Shown: in pieces, positions 1 to 12,676 of the stretch
Numbering within the stretch: the stretch's first letter is position 1
Layout of the letters: every line of letters starts with the position of its first letter
Source of the DNA: Podarcis gaigeae
Lineage: Eukaryota
NCBI GenBank assembly: GCA_964106915.2
Contig: OZ066921.1
Strand: one strand, 5' to 3'
Length of the DNA stretch: 64,000 nucleotides
Position numbers and translations under genes: made by a program
The notes under the pieces: generated by a model
Databases searched by the model: none
What the model saw: the letters and a program-made list of their open reading frames with translations, nothing else
What the model was told of the DNA's origin: nothing

Positions 1-820
1 GTAAAACTGAATTGTTGTGTTGCAAAATGATGCATGTCTAAAAAGTGTGTCACCAACATGAAAAGTTTGAAAAGCTCTGGGCCAGATAGCTGTTTTTTGG
101 GTGCGCAGTGGGGCTCTTGGTGCAGCTGCCCTGCAGGAATCCTATCCCCCACCCCTATTGCTCAGATATTTGTGGACATCCCTCTGGTTGGCATCCCTTC
201 AATATTTACAGTTACCTTGCCCTCCCTGCAGTTGTCTCTCTGCCAAGCTATGCGTATTTAGCTCCTTTAATCTTTTCTCATAAATCAATCTCTTCGGCCT
301 CTTAATCCCCTTTGTTGCTGTCCTCTAATCTCCCTCTTTGTTTATCAATATCTCTCTGGGACTGAGGGGACCACATCTCAACTCAGGAGGAGACTTGGAA
401 AGCATGGCTCCTGCACAGGGGCTCTGCCCTTTGCCCAGGAACCTAGTGAGGAAGCCTTGACATGAGCTGCTCCATGCTGCACTGCCCCATCCCTCCACGT
501 GGGAAATCTGGATTGGCTATCTCACCTAAGAGGGAGCTCTGTCTGGAGCCACAGAAGGCAGAGGGTCTCCCCTCTGATCTCTTTAGGACCACTGGCTCCT
601 CAGGCCTTTGACCTTAGGATCCATCATCCAGTTGTCACCAGAGCCAACCGGCATAAACTGTGCATATCCCATTTTACAGCAGGTCTTGTAACAAAGAGAA
701 AACAACCCAAGAGGTGTGGCCTCTTGATGAGCAAAACATATTTTCAGTCCATGCTCAGATAAGTGATTTCTTACCCAATAATAATGCCGGCCTTCTCCCT
801 ACTCAAGAACTGCTTTAAAA

Positions 821-822
<2 letters not shown>

Positions 823-854
<32 letters not shown>
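823..854. repeat. (GA)n microsatellite
   Basis: Direct reading; it produces the RERERE run in ORF 763..1107. Confidence 0.95.
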
Positions 855-861
<7 letters not shown>

Positions 862-3375
862 TGGGTTAAGCTGCCTTTAATCTTTAATTCATGCCCACAG
901 ATGCTCTGCAGCACATGCAGCAGCGGAATGGGAACGGCACTCCTAAGTTGGCGGGTTGTAGAGACTCTTGCCAGACCTTCCCTTTCAAAGCCGCACAGCC
1001 TGGGGAATGGTACAAATGGCCTTCCATTGCCCTCTTCATTGCTCTTTGTGGCAAAAAAAATGCATTGCTTTTATCCAGCCCCGCACTGCCAGCCCCAGAG
1101 GCTTTGAGAAAACAAAAAACAGCTGAGTAAAATGCCCCCTTCTCTCCCAGAAGGCGGGTGGGTGGGAAGCTTCCTCCAAGGAAAAAGGGCTGAAGGAGGG
1201 CAGGCGCTCAGGCTGTAAAAGCCAGTAAGTGTAGCAAATTTTTCTGCATGGATAGCAGAATTTGGCCGAGGCTGACAATGTGCTTGCTCTTTCCAAGCTC
1301 CCACAGGCTCTGGCTGCATTAAGCTGTGCTTGGCCAGAATGGAAGCCAAGCAAAGAGGCAACTATTGTTGTACCTGGCATCTAAGTGGATGCAAAGGGAA
1401 GACAATCCCACTGCACAATTGAAAGAAGGGCCAAGTGAATGTAGGAGGGGTGACTAGCAGCCTTCCAAACAGATTCATTAGCATCTCACAGAAGACAGCG
1501 AAGGCTACTCTGGGAAACGAACATACAACCACAGGCTAATGTTACAGCAGACTCTGAAGCACCAGGGCGGGGGACCGATCAGATCCAGATCCTTAAAAAT
1601 AAGTGAGGCAGTGCATAATCAGAGACAGGGAACCCATGATATGAGCAGAAAGGCAGAAAGTGGGGGAGGAAGTAAAGGAAAACAGACAGGGAGCCATCAA
1701 TAGATTCAGTGTCCATCCTTCCATCCATCTGCCTGTGTCCTTTCGAAAGTAAAAGAGAACAGGTCCCTGCCTCTGTGTATTAAGCTATGAGGGTGCAGGG
1801 AGGAAGCAGAAGTCTTGTGCAAAGGATGAATAAAAACTCTCTCCTCCAACACAACTTCTGGCAAAAAAGTGATGTTATTATTTATTTTGTTTACTATAGA
1901 TTCTTCTATCTTGCTCTTCCTCCAACCTGGAACTCAGGGCAGGTAAAGAACCAAGAACAAGAAGCCAAAATAAGGCATCGTTTAAGTGCAACTTGCTAAC
2001 TAGGCAAACAAAGAAGAACTTTATTGGGCAAATTGTTAAAGGTATAAAAATGAGCAAAAAATGGGAATTCAAACTAGAGTATTTTTTGCATATTTGCATT
2101 TAATGTGCAAAAATGAAGGTAGCAAACTGCTGTGGGAACTGAAGATAGCAGGTGTGGAGGAGTTGAAATTGTGGTCCTGTTGAAATTGTTCCTCAGAGGC
2201 TGTGATTTGCATTGGGAGGAAATTCCCCACTGGTGCAAATGGTAGCTTCTGGAGAGTGATTATCAACAGGACTTTGACACAGACACCTCAAATATTTGGT
2301 TTCATCTAATGCTGTTTTCAAAGCTTTTGAGATTACTTTTTATCACTTTCTAGGGTGGGTAAAGTTGAGCAAGAAATACAAACTATTTTCATATTTAGGC
2401 ACAGGTTATAACATTTTTGGAAGTCTACAGAAAGGGACATACCTAAAGGTGAGGATTGGTGTGTGTGTGTGTTTAATTTCTGTGTTTTACAGAAATTATC
2501 CCAGCTGCTTCAGGCCAAAAACATCATTCTGCATTTGGTGGCCAAACACATCATTATGGGAGGACAGAGCAGCCCATCTGGGCACTGAGTGCAGCTCCTG
2601 TTGCCTACTCAAAGCCTTAAGCTTAAAAGGGGACTAAAAGGCTCTCACAACTGAGGCAGCCATGCACCAGTCTTGACCCTGGAGTCATCCTCTTCAAGGA
2701 ATGAAGCTAAGGAGCTGGAGTTTGAGAGGGAACTGCGCTCAGGCCAGTCCCAGATGTATGTAACTAACAGGAACCACTTGTGCAAGAGGAGCCCATTGTG
2801 CCAGCACCTCTCTGTCCAAAGGACATCACATTTCCCTCCTCTGACTCAGAGGGTTCCAGTTCAGGAGCCATGGTTGGGCCACTGTCTCCTTTGCTCCATC
2901 AGAGTCAAAGCAGGTTGAAACCCTTTAAATGAAGAGGTTCCTCTCACCGCTGAGCTAGCAACCGAGATAGAGCTGTTGCTCATATTTAAGGGCCAGCTTC
3001 TGGGTTACGGGTGCTGAAACAACATTCAAGCTTTGCTCATGTGGAGTCTCCCGCCTGAGCCTCACATGGAGCTGTCCAGGGTACTGATGATGTTTGCCTC
3101 ACAGCTGAAACCATCACTTAAAACAGAACTGCAGCCACATTTTCCCTTGGTGTTTCAGCCCTAGTGGTCTTCTTCCTTTGCAGGGTTGGGGAATACTGAA
3201 GCTCAAAACACATCTAATGGTTCCTACACATTTCCCTTTATGCTTCATTTGGGTTCAGGAGAATGGAGCAATTCAGTAGCAACAAGTTGGATGCTAAGAA
3301 TGACAAATGCAAGATGCAGAGAGAGAGAGAGATGGTAGGAGGGGAATGACATGAGACTGGTGGCAGGCCAGCACA

Positions 3376-3563
3376 GGGAAGGGCCGTAGCTCAGTGGTAG
3401 AGCATCTGCTCTGCATGCCGAAGGTCCCAGGTTTAATCCCTGGCATCTCCAGCTACACCTGGGAAAGACTCCATGTCTGAAATCCCAGAGAGTCACTGCT
3501 ACTAGTCAGTGAGCTAGATGGATCAATGGTCCATCTTGGTATAAGGCAGCTTCCTATGTTCCT
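3376..3563 (+). mobile_element. tRNA(Ala-like)-derived SINE, near full length (squamate Squam2/AnolisSINE2-like)
   Basis: Head GGGCCGTAGCTCAGTGGTAGAGC with Pol III A box (3387-3397) and degenerate B box GGTTTAATCCC (3430-3440), TGC in the anticodon position, then a non-tRNA body and LINE-like tail ...GAGCTAGATGGATCAATGGTC...ATAAGGCAGCTTCCTATGTTCCT. The family name is from recall. Confidence 0.85.
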
Positions 3564-4161
3564 GTGGGACAAGTTTGTCTTTTACCATGAGTAAGGCTGA
3601 GTGGATAAGTCTGGCATTGTGCGCAGAGATGAAAAGGGGTTGACATTTGCCGTATTAATTAAATGTTTAGAATTTACAAGCAAAGGAGAGCCAAGCCTGG
3701 CGTTCTGTTTGAATAGTTACTTTATTAGTTTTGAGTTAAGCATGTGCAGGACTGAGTTCTGTATTTTAAGATAAGCTATGCAAGAGGTTGGGTGTCAGAA
3801 TTAAAAGTTTCAAATTTGCCAGCATATGTTTTATTAAAGACTGACCCACTACTGACTTCATCTTTAGGGTCCTCTAACTTGCAAAGGATTCGGACCAAAA
3901 CACCAAAGAAACTCCATGGGGACACAGAAGCTGCTGCAAGTGAAACACAAGCATCTGTACTATAGAGTACAGCATCTTTACCGTTTACATGTCACACAAG
4001 TTAAGGTGAGAGCCTTACTTATTGGTGCACAAGTGAATTTGTAAGCTCCTTAACTCTTTTTAAAAAAACTGAAATGTATATATTTCAGTCCTAGAATGTC
4101 TTCATTGTTTTTAATGAAAGCAAATTTGCTAAATTACACGAGCCATTTCAATGGGAAAAAT

Positions 4162-4236
4162 TATACTATACTATACTATACTATACTATACTATACTATA
4201 CTATACTATACTTTACTTTACTTTACTTTACTTTAC
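4162..4236. repeat. Compound pentanucleotide microsatellite (TATAC)n-(TTTAC)n
   Basis: TATAC units 4162-4211 switch by one substitution to TTTAC units 4212-4236. Confidence 0.95.
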
Positions 4237-4503
4237 TAAACACACCAGCAGCAAAACCATCTACCTTACTCTCACATAGGCACACACAGCAGCACTTCTT
4301 TCTCTTTAACATACCACAGGCACACAGAGCACCCTTCCTCACAAACACATCCATGTTCTCCCTCTTGCTCTCTGTCACAAGTATGTCCTCCTAGTGTGCT
4401 CATCCTCTGCTTCCACTGGTGCTCACTAGTTGAAGGATAACAATATGCAGAGATCCATCTTCTTCCAGTCCCCTGGACTAGATCACAAATTCTCTCTCTC
4501 ACT

Positions 4504-4505
<2 letters not shown>

Positions 4506-4551
<46 letters not shown>
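4506..4551. repeat. (GA)n microsatellite
   Basis: Direct reading; preceded by a short (CT)n at 4491-4500. Confidence 0.95.
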
Positions 4552-4553
<2 letters not shown>

Positions 4554-7500
4554 TGGAAAAAGCCATAGTCTTGCTCTGCCACAACTTACTTGCTGGGTGT
4601 GTCAGCTTTTAACTACCTTGTAAATGCCGCCCTATCCTGCCAATCCACCTGCATTCAGGGTTTTTTTCATTTCCAACTAATCTCTTGCTTTGCGTCTTTT
4701 CCTACCTGCTATTATTCCAAATCACCCACTGTACAACTGGAAAAACAAACCTGCTTGCGTGTCTTACATGCATAACTGTTAATTTACCTAATTAAATGTA
4801 ATCTTGTTAAACTGTGTGTATCTTTGGAGCAGGAAATCAACTGACAACCAGGGTCAAAATTGAAAGCAACAGTGTGAGTCAAGTCCCTGAATCTCCCATG
4901 ATGGGAAATTAAGTGCAGCTTTCAAACAGCCTCCTGATTAGCTATTTATCTTAAGCCATTTTAGGCAGAAACTGATACTGTAACAAGAGGTAAATTATTT
5001 TACAAGAAGTTTTCCCCCTTTCTTTCTAAAGAAGTGCAGTGCCTCATTCAAACCGTTTGTTTCTCTGCTTGTTTAGGATAAGTGAAAGATGCTGACAAGC
5101 CCAGTTAAGCTACAGCCACGTTCTTTAGACTGAGCAAGTCACAGACCGGGGTTCTTTGCTTCTGCGTTGTCTTGGTCAGACAGAAAGCTTCTTACCAGCA
5201 TCATCTAAATACCCCTGTTGTTGTGATATACATTGAAAAGTCAGCATGAAACATTCCATGCCAATAAAAATCAACAGAGAGAAAAAGAGAAGAAGTCCTT
5301 GGCCTGAGAGCTTAAATAAATTACCATCTTTGTAATTCTGTAATAAATCCCTCAGTTGGGCTATAATGATTTAGTGTTTGCTGATTTGGCACAAAGATAA
5401 ATGTCTGGTGTTGCTTAATGGATAAAGTGTTGCCTTTTCACCCTCCTGACCCTGTTTCAGCCTCTGCTCCAAGGACTCCCCTCAGTTCTTGATGGACAGC
5501 AGCAGCAGCAGCAGCAGAGGAGCTGGAGAAATGGCCTCTGAGAGGCACCCGCTCCAGAGTCAGGAAAGGGGCAGAGGGTGGGTGAGTGTGTGGACATTAA
5601 TGGAATGGAGGCCCATCTTTCACACCTTATAGAAGGAAGCCCAGACTTCTTGCCAGCATTGTGCCTGTCAGGGCTTTGAGCTTCAAAGGCAGAAAGTTAA
5701 GCACTCCACAGGCAGCCGCTGCAAAGCAGCTTCTTCCCTCCCAAAAGGACACCCACAGAGTTAGGGAAAGATATCAAGTTCCTCCTAGGTGCCAGCTTCA
5801 GGTTTTTAATGGAGACGGGCACCAGCGCCAGAATGGGGCTGAAATAAATCTTTCCACTTCCCTAACATTCTGCTCTGATTTCTAGGCACCAGGTTATCTG
5901 TTGCCTGAATTTTCCCCAAACTGGGAGGCACCTGTTCAGAAAAGGCAGCCCAATTCTTTCCCGGGGGGGGGGGGGTCCCCACATGTCACTTGGGATACAA
6001 ACTGTCTATTTTTTAGCATCAGGAGGAGATTGCACAAGGAAGGAAAACCCAGACGGGTTCCGGGAATAAAAGTTTCTCATGTTTTATTCAATTTGGCAGG
6101 AATGGGAGGAATATTTTTCAGGGGACACACATTCTCTTTTGCGCAATCTGCTGAGGGCGCATTTTGGCTGCTGTGAGATGTGCTGCTTATATCTCTTTAC
6201 TGTTTTTCATCTACGTTGCTCTAATCTCCTTAAAGAGGAAAGAGTGGGGTATAAATTATTTTAAAACAAATACAAAAATAAAACAATGCAACCAGATGTT
6301 GACTCTGTGGGAGATGGTTGTCAGTGATTAATGAATCACTAGGGATGCTGCTAATCATTGCATGCTCATTTCTCATTAGAAACTCTTCCTATAAGGTGTG
6401 AAGATTCTCTAATCCTTGAATTCTTTGGACAAAGGGACACATTCTCCTTTGATGAGAGGAAATGAATGTGGTTGTTTCCCATGATACAGGTTAAGAGAAT
6501 GCTCAGTTTGCAATCAGATGAAATCTCTTAGTTAAAGCTGGTCATCTGGATTACAGAAATGCCTTTTGGGGATTGCTTTCTAGGTGCAAAGAGCAACACA
6601 TCTTTAAGTCAAAGCCCTTTGTGCAGGCTGCTCTATGGTGCACCTCCAGATAAGGAGACAGCATCCCCGCCAGGCCTCCCTAGACTGCCCCACAGGGGGC
6701 TCCTCTGGCCCATTTGCTCCAGTGGCCTTCCCTTTCCAGCCGTTAGTTAGCATTAACGGGAGAGGACAGCAAACCCCCAAAGGCTGTGTCAAAAAACGGG
6801 GAAGAGAGTCATTCAATAGAGCACAGAAAAGACCTAAATTGGAGGTCAGGAAAGCCGGTCAAAAGCCGGGTAGGAAGGAGGGTAGGTTTGCTTTGTCCTG
6901 CCGCCACTGGGAGCAATGCAGCCAGAGATCTCTCCAGCCCTGGGGGAATGGGGGCTATTGTCTTCAGCTGCCCATAGATGTAAGCTCCATATGCCCAGAG
7001 CCCTCCCCCTTTCCTGACCCCAACAAGGTCAGAGGCACAGACATTGGTCTTGAACTCTCCGTCTGTTTCCCCACTTTCTTTCTGCCATATTAATTACGGC
7101 TTCTCTCTATCAAATGCATCCTCCCCCCTGGCATTCACGTGCATTAAGAAGGGCAAGCTGCTTGTTCTGGCTGCCTTATCCCTCTTCCCCCACAGAAAGG
7201 CAGGCTGAGTGGAGGACAGCCTAGAGATGCTTTTCTCCATGGGCTAAAAACAACACTTGCTCTGATCTCCAAAGTGCCGCAGGGATCAGCAGGCAAGGGA
7301 GGTGGAGAAGGCAGGGTGATGCCACACTGAGGGGCGTAGATGCACAGATTATTGTGGAAAACCCAGCAGAGATTCTCACTGGCTGGAAGATCTCTTGTTG
7401 CCAGTGTTTCCTGGAGCTGCTCCTTCTCCAAACACTGCAGAGCATTTCACGTTGGATCATTGCAAGTTTTGATGAGGGTTGAGGAAGGCCCCCCCTTGAT

Positions 7501-9507
7501 GTGAACCATTGACACGCACACCCCACTTCCTACCTGCAACACCCAGCCCCAGTGGCACTAAAGGATTACAGAATCAGAGCTAAAGAAACAGGTTAGTCCC
7601 CCTTCTCCAGAAAGCTTGCCAACCACAGGAACCAGGAAACCATGATGCCTCTTTCTGCTTCTTACATGTATTCCAAACTGTGGAAAAGAACGGGCAGCTG
7701 CTCTCCAGTGCCAGCCCTTCTGCCTTCCAAGGGCTGAAGGAGCACAATGCACTGGCCCAACTGGGTGAGGCCTCCAGTGACCTCTTCAATGCACCAGAAG
7801 GTTCTCATTGACCTGCATGGGGATGGCACATGAACATGGAAAGAGTGCCCAAAGAAGCAAGAGTGCAAGGTGGGTAAGTCATAGCCAAAGAACTGGGTCC
7901 CAACAGTATTTGTCTGTGTGAGTGTGTGTGTGTGTGTGTAAATGCTGCTGAGTTCCTGGAACAAACTCTTTCTTTGGAGAAGCACCTTCCCTCCTTATTC
8001 CCCAAGCTTTATAAAAATAGAAAGAACACATGTTCCCATTAGTCATTTGCTTGAGGGGAGCTTTGGGGTATGTGCTGACAGTCTGTACATGGAGGCCTAA
8101 TTTGAATACTATTTGCATATTGCAGGTAGACAAAGTGCCACTGTCTTAACAACACTCACAGACAGGCAGGCAGGAGGAGGTGGAGCTGAACAAAGCAGTG
8201 TGAGGAAGACCCCCCCATGCCCCCCCTGGCAAGCAACCAAGTCAAATCCCAAGCAGCAGCTCCCTCCACCCACTCACCAGCACCACCCCCGGCAAGCAAT
8301 GCCCAACGTGGCCGCCGTATTCAGAGAGGCTTTTAATTAAATGCTTGCTTGCCAAGAGTGGTTTGTAGATGCCTAACAGAGGACACGGCTTCCCTCCAGG
8401 GAACGTTGCAGGCAGACACGGTCCCCCTCCCTTGATAACACCATTTGCAAGTCCTGAATGAGGAAGAGGAGGGGGCGAAATTTTCTGGAGGATACAAGCC
8501 AGTTGGTACTGCCTGACTCTCCTACCCCAGGCCAGAGATTTGAAAGTGTCCTGAAAGCCCCCTTCCAGAAGCCCCCTGCCCTTGGCATCCTTTGATCTCA
8601 TCCAGCTGAATAGCCTCTGCCTTGGACATAACCTTGGGGAGTTCAAAGGTTACGTTTGAAGGATGCAATCAGTGTCCGTGCGAGACAGAACAAGAATGCG
8701 AGTGGGAGGGCTCCTACAGGTGCCTCCATTATCGATGGACCACTTTGCATTACAGGATGTGAAATGCTGTTCATGTCCCCAGTGCCTTTGATCTGACCTG
8801 ACCTCTGCAACCCCGTCAGGCCCAGCGGTCAGTAGTTATCAGCTGTCAATAGGCAGCGGAAAACGTTCCTCATTCCGACCTGATCAGCTGTTATTACTAC
8901 AACTCCTATAGATCAACTAATCAGCTGCAAACCATCAGCCTCAGATTTTGTGACTTAGCCTCAAGAGAGTGTCAGATGCTGATTCACCTCTAGTTCCAAA
9001 ATATGCAAGAAAACAGAGAGGCGGCTTGCAGCCTCACCCCAAGGATGTAGGCCACTTATACACCAGCAATAAAAAAGAGAGGGTGATAGATAATTTGCAC
9101 ATGATGATTTTTATATATAGATGCAAATTCATAAATAATTGCTAGACGTCAAAAGAAATCCATACATGTCACCACCGTGGGAAAGAAGGCTGTGGTCAGG
9201 GGCCCTGTGTGACTGCTCAGCCTATTGTCCAGGAGCTGCTCACTACTGCTGGCTGGAAACTTCCAGCCCTCATCCCTGCTCTGCTCTCCTTTCTTGTGAC
9301 TCTTTATATTTAAACCAGGCTTGGACCGGGCATTCCATCAAAAAGAGAACTATCCTCTGCAAAGTAGGAGAGCTGCTCCCCCCACCGTCACTAGGCTTGC
9401 TTGGAAGTCAGCTCCAAAATTCCAGTGGAATTCACTTCCAGGGATGCAATCATGCGTAGTGACACCAGAAGGAGGGAGATAGATACTGAACTTCAGCTTC
9501 CTCTAAC

Positions 9508-9631
9508 CAGGGTTTCCTCCAACTGTTTTTGGACTACAATTCCCATCCTTCCTGACCACTGGTCCTGCTAGCTAGGGATGATAGGAGTTGTAGTCCCCAA
9601 ACAGCTGGAGACCCCAGTTTGGGAAACCCTG
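9508..9631. mobile_element. Non-autonomous hAT (Charlie-type) MITE
   Basis: TIRs CAGGGTTTCCTCCAACT / AGTTTGGGAAACCCTG; internal inverted GGACTACAA...TTGTAGTCC; flanks CCTCTAAC / CTCTAAAC resemble a degenerate 8-bp NTCTAGAN-type TSD. Confidence 0.8.
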
Positions 9632-12195
9632 CTCTAAACCTTCCTATTAACTAGCTTGCCTTAGCAAAAAGCACAGTACCTTGGGGTCAGAAATGGTTTT
9701 ACTGAGACAAATAGCAGGCTTCATGGGACTTCTGTGCCAGTCCAATGATGATGCTCTGGAAACACTTTTGGTTTCGATGGTGGCAGAGTTGGCAACAAGT
9801 GATGTAAGAGCTTTGGAGTGGAAGGACACAAAGTTCAGAGAGGAAGGAGGGTGTTGCTTTTGACACTTCCTAGTGGGATTTGGGGTTAGGCCTGGAGCAA
9901 CAAGTGCCGTGGAAGGTGAAGGCCAGGAAGACCTTCCAGCATAGCCAGAGAGAAAAAGAGTCTTGGAAGAGGGTTTGGGATGCTGAGAGGCTCCAGACAG
10001 AAAGACAGAATGCAGATGGCTGCATTCAGAAAAGAATTAATGAGTAGGTGTCTTCTACGACTGTGATAATTACCAATTTTCTGTATTTATGAAAATGTCA
10101 TAAATATTGAAGTGTGGCACTATTATCTCTATAGATACTGATTTAGCATGAATATGGAAATTTGTTAATTATCGCTAAAGCTGTTCATTAAATTCTGAAA
10201 GTTTTTTTAAATAAAAAAAAACAGCAAATAAGTATGTCATTTACTCATTGCTTCATTGCTTCAAACCAGACATTTCCATATTGACCTGCTTTGTTTGTTT
10301 GTTCCTTTCATGATGCAGGTAGAAGAGATTCACTCCAAAGAAAAGGTTCTCTCTTGCTGCACAAGCAGAATTATGCAGTTGCCCTGATCCAGCAAAGGAA
10401 ACCCATGCACAGAAATAGGACTCAGCGCTGTGCGTTCACAAGGAGAAGGACAGCTGAAAGGCCCAGCTGGATCAGACCAAGCCAGGCAGATCCTCCTGCT
10501 CTAGTTTTCTGCTTTCCACAGTGACTGCACAGATACCTCTGAGATCCTCAAGCATGACACATGAGCACAATTAAAGGCCCCTTCCACTGTCACTCCCACT
10601 TCCCACCAGCAACTGGTATTCAGTGGCATGTTGCCTTTAAATCTGAAGGCTGCATCTGCTAATCTGGTTTCTGGATTGCAGCTACCAGAGGAAGGTTCAG
10701 GTTGCAATCCTAAACATATTTTTTTCATGTTCACACCACCCACAAGTCCCAACTCAGGCCAGGCTTTTTCATATACCCCTTCCCTGCCATTGCTGCACTC
10801 CAGATAGAAATGCAACAATATCCCCTAACAAGTTCATTACGAAAAAAGGATAAATAATCAAGACAAACAAAATCACAGAACAGACGATTTCAATAATCAA
10901 TACAAAAACACTCAGTTCCTAACAATTCATTATACTAGAATAAGTAACAATGCTGTAATGACAGCATTAAACGGCAAGTCACAATTCATTCATACAAACA
11001 AGCAAAAATCACCAGCAAAGCTTGGCAAAAATTAATACAAATAAATGAAAATGCCAGTGTAATCGGTGCAATTAAGATGTTAAATGCACAATCTTATTGA
11101 AGGCAGAGGGACTTCTGAGTAAACATGCTGAGGACTGAGCTGTCAAATTAGGAAACAGGGAGAAATGCACTACTGGCTGTGAATGCCTGCTTGGCAAAGC
11201 AGATACTCTGCTCAGAGGGGAAATTTGCTACATTCTTTGCCCTCTTGGGCCAAATTTCTAGGCCTGATAGAAAGGAAAGTGCAAAGAGGGCCCAGCAGCG
11301 GCGAGAGAAGGTCTGGGAACATCCAACACCCTGTGAGAGGGCAAATCTGTATCTAGTCACCAGCCACGCAAACTCAAATCATCACTTGTGCAGAGCACAG
11401 ATAACATATAATTTGGGAAGCCGGGAGAAGCCTTGAGGAATCTCCTATTGGAGCAGATGGGCCTATGGACAAAAGCGAGCTGCACTCGAAAAGCTGAACT
11501 TATCCTACAACTGCCCTCCCTCCTGCCAGTGCAAACCTGGCAGGAACTCAGGAAGCAGCTGAACCACTTCTTGGTGTTCAGCCTCACTGCAACATTCCCA
11601 AGCGGAACATGGGCGCATCGCATTGCTCTGATCTGCACATCAAACCACGCAGAAAGTAACATGCAATTATACAATTAGGCTGATAACACAAGCCTCCAGT
11701 TAGTGTTTATTCCTCTTGCCAATCATGCTGCTGGCTGGGAAACAGGCCTCTTGGAATTTGCAGCTTGACAGCATTTTTCTCTTCCATTTGCGGAGCCTTT
11801 GCAACCCTACCTCCTGGTGGAGGTTTCCATTTCCTTGGGGCCCTTAAGGGTTTCCCATTACGAAGTCAACTGGAAATGGGATGGACTTAGTCCCATCTCC
11901 TGTGTGAACAAGGATGAACAGGGCTTTAATTGGTCCTTTCCTCCCTAGGAACAGGAAGCCCACCCTCAACGTGCGCATAGGCCTTATGTTGTGCAAGAAG
12001 GAGCTAATAAAGCTAATATTCTCCCATCTCATAGCATATTCAGGACAGTTATCTGCAAGAGCATATATGTTGTTTGCTCTGCAGGCACAGGCACCCACAA
12101 GCATCCCTATGGGGACCTACTGTAGATTGAACCGGTCAGGGGTAATGTGCTCTTTTGTCACAGGATTGAGAAACAGCACAGCCCCAGCCCACCGC

Positions 12196-12676
12196 CAGGG
12201 GTGGAGGAAGGGGGGGCAGTCCGCCCTGGGTCCCTCATCACTGAGGGGGTGACATTTGGCGCTCCGCCCGCTCGTGACTCCCAAGCCTACCCCGAGCCAT
12301 CGGGGGAAGGGGCAGAGCTGCATTGCCTTGCCAGTGGCCTTCCCCCCTTCCCCCTTTGTTTTGACAGCTCGAGGGAGGCTTGGGAGTCGCACCGTTGACC
12401 CCTGCTCCCGGGATGCTTCCTGGGGGAGGGAAGCCTCCCCTGAGCTGTCAAAAGGAAGAGGGAAGGGAGGAAGGCTGCTGGCAAAGCGGTGCAGCTCTCC
12501 CCCCCCACCACCCAGGAAGCAGCCCGCCATGGGGGCGGCTCGCTCCACCCCCCATGGGCAGCTCGTTCCACCCCCATGGGCGTTTTGCTCCCAGGATACT
12601 CGTTCTGTCCCCGGGATGCTTGCCCCACCCCCATGGCCCCGCCCCTGGGTGCACAGAGAAGCTAGCTCCGCCTCTG
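12196..12676. mobile_element. GC-rich non-autonomous hAT-like element with internal hairpin
   Basis: TIRs CAGGGGTGGAG / CTCCGCCTCTG (9/11); 8-bp TSD CCCACCGC (12188-95) / CCGACCGC (12677-84); long imperfect internal inverted repeat about 12315-12382 versus 12431-12498. Confidence 0.8.

Noticed and set aside
3381-3452. Apparent tRNA-Ala(TGC) gene
   Set aside because: B box is mutated, the acceptor stem does not pair cleanly, and it runs directly into a SINE body and tail.
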